Under the pieces are notes generated by a model that saw nothing but the letters and a program-made list of their open reading frames with translations, made no database searches and was not told the origin of the DNA. DNA of 46,739 nt, taken from the NCBI GenBank assembly GCA_964624745.1, contig CAZUZK010000005.1, forward strand, positions 7,131-53,869, given 5' to 3'. Below are positions 43,635 to 46,739 of the stretch, piece by piece (the first letter of the stretch is position 1; every line of letters starts with the position of its first letter). The position numbers and the translations under genes are program-made. Origin of the DNA: an uncultured Bacteroides sp. Its GTDB lineage: Bacteria > Bacillota > Clostridia > Christensenellales > CAG-917.

Positions 43635-44453
43635 ATGGCAGAAAGGCGAATGTTTGCAAAAAAGATAGTATCAACGGACGCATTCCTCGATATGCCAGCC
43701 TCGGCAAGGTGCTTGTATTTTGCGCTTGGTATGGAAGCAGACGACGACGGATTTGTCGGAAATCCAAAGAGCGTGATGAGACAAGTCGGGTTAAAGCCGA
43801 GCGACTTAAAATTGCTTGCGGATAAGCGATATATCTTGACCTTTCCGAGTGGGGTAATCGTCATCAAACATTGGCGACTTCACAACCTTATAAGGGGCGA
43901 TAGATACGAGCCGACAACCTATATCGAAGAGATGAGTACGCTGACGCTTGACGGCAAAGAAGGCTACGTCGAAAAAGAGGTTGAAAAAGAGGGTGAAAAC
44001 ACCACCGAAACCAAGTGCCAACCAAACGACAACCAAATGACAACCAAGTGTCAACCAAACGACAACCAAATGACAACCAAGTGTCAACATAGGTTAGGTA
44101 AGGTTAGTATAGGTAAGGATAGTATAGGTAAGTATAGTAGGTTGGTAAAGATATTAAATAATAAAGAATCTATCGTGGGCGTGCGCGAGAATTCAAAGAA
44201 TATGCCACAGTATGAGCCACTTGTTGATGAGATTATCAATGCACTTGCTTATGCTGGAAGTGAAATAGAATCCTTGAAGTTCGGAGATCGTGAAGTGACA
44301 CAAGAGGAATTTGAACGATTTATCACCAAGCCTAACGGCTTTGACGGTAATACGCTTGTTGAGACTGCAAATATGGTTAAAGCAAGCAGTGTTGCGATAA
44401 AAGATAGGCGATATTACATTCTCGGAATAATCGTTAACCATTTTATGAGGTAG
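43635..44453 (+). CDS. Phage replication initiator (replisome-organizer type)
   Basis: MAERRMFAKKIV.TDAFLDMP.SARCLYF.LGM.ADDDGFV...VIVIKHWRLHN.IR.DRY N-terminus; central iteron-encoded repeats; GGAGG RBS before ATG 43635. Confidence 0.85.
   Translation: MAERRMFAKKIVSTDAFLDMPASARCLYFALGMEADDDGFVGNPKSVMRQVGLKPSDLKLLADKRYILTFPSGVIVIKHWRLHNLIRGDRYEPTTYIEEMSTLTLDGKEGYVEKEVEKEGENTTETKCQPNDNQMTTKCQPNDNQMTTKCQHRLGKVSIGKDSIGKYSRLVKILNNKESIVGVRENSKNMPQYEPLVDEIINALAYAGSEIESLKFGDREVTQEEFERFITKPNGFDGNTLVETANMVKASSVAIKDRRYYILGIIVNHFMR
44008..44133. repeat. Putative phage replication origin: 7 x 11-bp iterons plus 3 x 15-bp repeats
   Basis: CAACCAAGTGT / CAACCAAACGA / CAACCAAATGA units at 44008-44084 (33-bp super-period), then ATAGGTTAGGTAAGG, TTAGTATAGGTAAGG, ATAGTATAGGTAAGT. 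Confidence 0.8.
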
Positions 44454-44482
44454 AAAATAATGAGCAAAACAAAAGAATTATA

Positions 44483-44731
44483 TTGTTGCGCGGTACATAT
44501 GAAGAGTTGTGCAAAACTCCACTTTTAATAAAAGCAACATTAACCAATTTGATTGAGCAATCTGAGGAAACCCTTGTTGAAAAAGGCTTATGCCCTGAAT
44601 GTGGTCATAGGCTTGAATTTGAGCACGACACTGACTGCGATACCTATGTGCCGTATGGCTCGACCTCGGTTCGTTTTGAGGCAGGCGGACATATGGTTTG
44701 CCCGAAATGCGTGTGGTATGATGAGGGATAA
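44483..44731 (+). CDS. Small CxxC...CxxC zinc-ribbon protein; start uncertain, possibly frameshifted
   Basis: CPECG and CPKC motifs. The TTG start has no RBS, while the RBS-linked ATG at 44460 is in another frame. Confidence 0.5.
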   Translation: MLRGTYEELCKTPLLIKATLTNLIEQSEETLVEKGLCPECGHRLEFEHDTDCDTYVPYGSTSVRFEAGGHMVCPKCVWYDEG

Positions 44732-44732
44732 A

Positions 44733-44939
44733 ATGAAAAAATCTAAAATTGAATTTTTTGTAAAAGTTGCAATTGCAATCGTAATAACACTGTTATCTTC
44801 AACCTTGATATTTTGCGCTTGTGCGATAGCAGGTGTTATATCGGCAGATATTTTATGGATAATTTGGTTTGTTACAATCTTTGTCGATATAGGAACAGTG
44901 ATTTTCATAATAACAATTTTGGACCGAATGGATGATTGA
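44733..44939 (+). CDS. Small two-TM phage membrane protein
   Basis: GAGGG RBS; MKKSKIEFFVKVAIAIVITLLSSTLIFCACAIAGVISADILWIIWFVTIFVDIGTVIFIITILDRMDD. Confidence 0.6.
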   Translation: MKKSKIEFFVKVAIAIVITLLSSTLIFCACAIAGVISADILWIIWFVTIFVDIGTVIFIITILDRMDD

Positions 44940-44951
44940 GGAGGTTGATGA

Positions 44952-46406
44952 ATGTATCAAATAAGTTTTGACGACGAAATCGTAGTGGATAACTTTGCAG
45001 GTGGCGGCGGTGCGAGCACAGGTATTGAACTCGCACTCGGTCGCCCGGTAGATATAGCAATCAACCACGACGCAAATGCAATAGCAATGCACAAACAAAA
45101 TCATCCATTCACGGAGCATTATTGCGAAAGCGTGTGGGATGTCAACCCGGAGCAAGTATGCCGAGGACGCAAAGTAGCACTTATGTGGCTCTCCCCGGAC
45201 TGCAAGCATTTCTCAAAAGCCAAAGGCGGAAAACCTGTTGAAAAACACATAAGAGGACTTGCGTGGATAGCACTCCGCTGGGCAGCAAAAGTCAAGCCGA
45301 GGGTGATAATTCTTGAAAACGTTGAGGAATTCAAGACGTGGGGACGCATAGATAAGAATACAGGACGCCCGGACGAAAAACACAAAGGGGAAACATTCAA
45401 CTCTTTTGTGAACGCCTTAAAACATCACGGATATGCTGTGGATTGGAAAGAACTGCGTGCTTGCGACTACGGAGCGCCTACGAGCCGTAAACGCTTTGTA
45501 CTCGTGGCAAGATGCGACGGCAAGCCGATTGTATTCCCCAAACCAACACACGGCAATGGTGTCGGATTAAAGCCATATAGAACGGCGGCGGAAATTATAG
45601 ACTGGACAATCCCTTGTCCGAGCATATTCGAAAGAGAGAAAACACTCGTGGAGCCGACACTCAAAAGAATAGCAAGGGGATTGGATAAGTTCGTGCTCAA
45701 AACCGCTACACCATACATTGAGCAAAGTTTTGGTGGAAACTACAATGGCGCAGGAAGCAAAGCGGATAGCTCGTTGCCGACTATAACGCAAGTAGACCAC
45801 AACAGACTCGCAACTGCATTCATTCACAAATACTATGCAGGCAAATACGAGGGCGGCGGAAGTGGAGCAAGCGTACCCCTTGACACGATAATGACTGAAC
45901 CGAAACACGCTATATGCACACCGTTTATGACGGAGTTCTATGGCGCTGAGAAAGACGGAACACCGTGTACGGAGCCACTGCATACCGTGACAGCAAACAA
46001 TAAGCACGCTGTCGTTGAGTGTAGAGTGGCAAAGGTGGGCAATGCTCAAAACCTCGGACATTGGGCGGAGATACGAGATATGCTCAACAAATATGGCGGA
46101 TATTCGCTTAATGATACTGAGGTGCTATTGTTGAATATTAACGGCACGGATTACTTTATATGCGATATAGGAATGCGTATGTTGACACCGAGAGAACTCT
46201 ACAAAGCGCAAGGCTTCCCGGAGGACTACAAGATAGAGTTCGACGTCAACGGCAAGCCGTACAGCAAGAAAGAGCAAATAGCACGGTGCGGCAATGCAGT
46301 GTGCCCACCAATGGCAGAAGCGGTTGTGAGAGCAAATCTACCCGAATATGCCACCAAGAAACCGATAGAAACGATGAGAGACCTTGAAAAAGCAATGGTT
46401 GCATAA
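44952..46406 (+). CDS. Phage DNA (cytosine-5)-methyltransferase
   Basis: Motif I DNFAGGGG, motif IV SPDCKHFS, motif VI ILENV, motif VIII PTSRKR, motif IX RMLTPREL..AQGFP, motif X GNAVCPP. Confidence 0.93.
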   Translation: MYQISFDDEIVVDNFAGGGGASTGIELALGRPVDIAINHDANAIAMHKQNHPFTEHYCESVWDVNPEQVCRGRKVALMWLSPDCKHFSKAKGGKPVEKHIRGLAWIALRWAAKVKPRVIILENVEEFKTWGRIDKNTGRPDEKHKGETFNSFVNALKHHGYAVDWKELRACDYGAPTSRKRFVLVARCDGKPIVFPKPTHGNGVGLKPYRTAAEIIDWTIPCPSIFEREKTLVEPTLKRIARGLDKFVLKTATPYIEQSFGGNYNGAGSKADSSLPTITQVDHNRLATAFIHKYYAGKYEGGGSGASVPLDTIMTEPKHAICTPFMTEFYGAEKDGTPCTEPLHTVTANNKHAVVECRVAKVGNAQNLGHWAEIRDMLNKYGGYSLNDTEVLLLNINGTDYFICDIGMRMLTPRELYKAQGFPEDYKIEFDVNGKPYSKKEQIARCGNAVCPPMAEAVVRANLPEYATKKPIETMRDLEKAMVA

Positions 46407-46417
46407 AAGAGGTATTT

Positions 46418-46739
46418 ATGACGAAAGACGAGATTAAGAAAGCATTGAGAATACACATCGACGATGATGCTTGTTGTTACGACTGTCCATACTTTGGCGT
46501 TGATGATTGTAATGGCGAGTTAGAAAGCGATGCTCTCGCGCTCATAACGGAGCAAGAGAAAGAGATAGAGCGGTTGAAAGCCAAAATCATTGATTGTACT
46601 ATTAACAGCGATATAGAAGCATACGACGGCATTATCAAGCAAGCGAAAATCGAGGTGTTGGAAAAGTTGAAAAAGCGTATATGCGAGGAATACACCGTAA
46701 TCCCAGGACAAATTTTCGACATAACCGCATTAGATATAA
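46418..46739 (+). CDS. Hypothetical phage protein, truncated by the window end
   Basis: GAGGT RBS; MTKDEIKKAL...CCYDCPY...C......DALALITEQEKEIERLKA; open to the last base. Confidence 0.65.
   Translation, partial: MTKDEIKKALRIHIDDDACCYDCPYFGVDDCNGELESDALALITEQEKEIERLKAKIIDCTINSDIEAYDGIIKQAKIEVLEKLKKRICEEYTVIPGQIFDITALDI

Larger units (their letters stand above)
36740..46739. mobile_element. Temperate prophage (left arm), probably integrated at the 3' end of tRNA-Ser; continues beyond the window
   Basis: Integrase next to the tRNA, followed by CI/Cro, Gp157, SSAP, replication initiator and methyltransferase in canonical siphovirus order. The left boundary is approximate because attR is not in the window. 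Confidence 0.92.

Noticed and set aside
44733-44939. Two-TM protein as a holin
   Set aside because: It lies in the early/replication region with no adjacent endolysin, and its C-terminus is acidic.
42964-46406. GIY-YIG nuclease plus C5-MTase as a restriction-modification system
   Set aside because: The genes are separated by the replication initiator and other early genes, and both types are common stand-alone phage genes.

Overview
Chromosomal window from a Clostridia-type Firmicute (inferred from gene content and order). Bases 1 to ~36.8 kb are mostly core genes: tmcAL divergent from pta-ackA; rpmF-plsX-rnc-smc-ftsY; ylxM-ffh-rpsP-khpA-rimM-trmD-rbgA-rnhB-yraN-rplS; lepA-hemW, prs and rho. 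Several envelope genes are interspersed: an orphan AT-rich lipoprotein inserted between ftsY and ylxM, a lipoprotein/CBM/GT-C-like membrane fusion, a glycerophosphodiesterase, an alkaline-phosphatase lipoprotein converging on a 1329-aa membrane-anchored Endonuclease-I-family protein with a Cys/His repeat stalk, and a HlyC/CorC protein. From tRNA-Ser(GGA) at 36694-36786 to the right edge lies the left arm of a temperate prophage: tyrosine integrase, an orphan lysogeny gene, a CI/Cro switch with four operators, Gp157, a Rad52/Sak-like SSAP, a NinB-like protein, a GIY-YIG nuclease, a replication initiator with an internal iteron origin, and a C5 DNA methyltransferase. No CRISPR array, rRNA, IS transposase or reverse transcriptase was seen. 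I found no single clear-cut new multi-gene system. The most unusual signals are non-coding: a long two-state RNA leader before the orphan lipoprotein, twin 26-bp palindromes over the ylxM-ffh promoter and RBS, four parS-type half-sites before smc, a structured RNA before tRNA-Ser, and a G10 tract that fuses or splits two phage genes. All protein calls come from motif recognition by eye; no database search was run.
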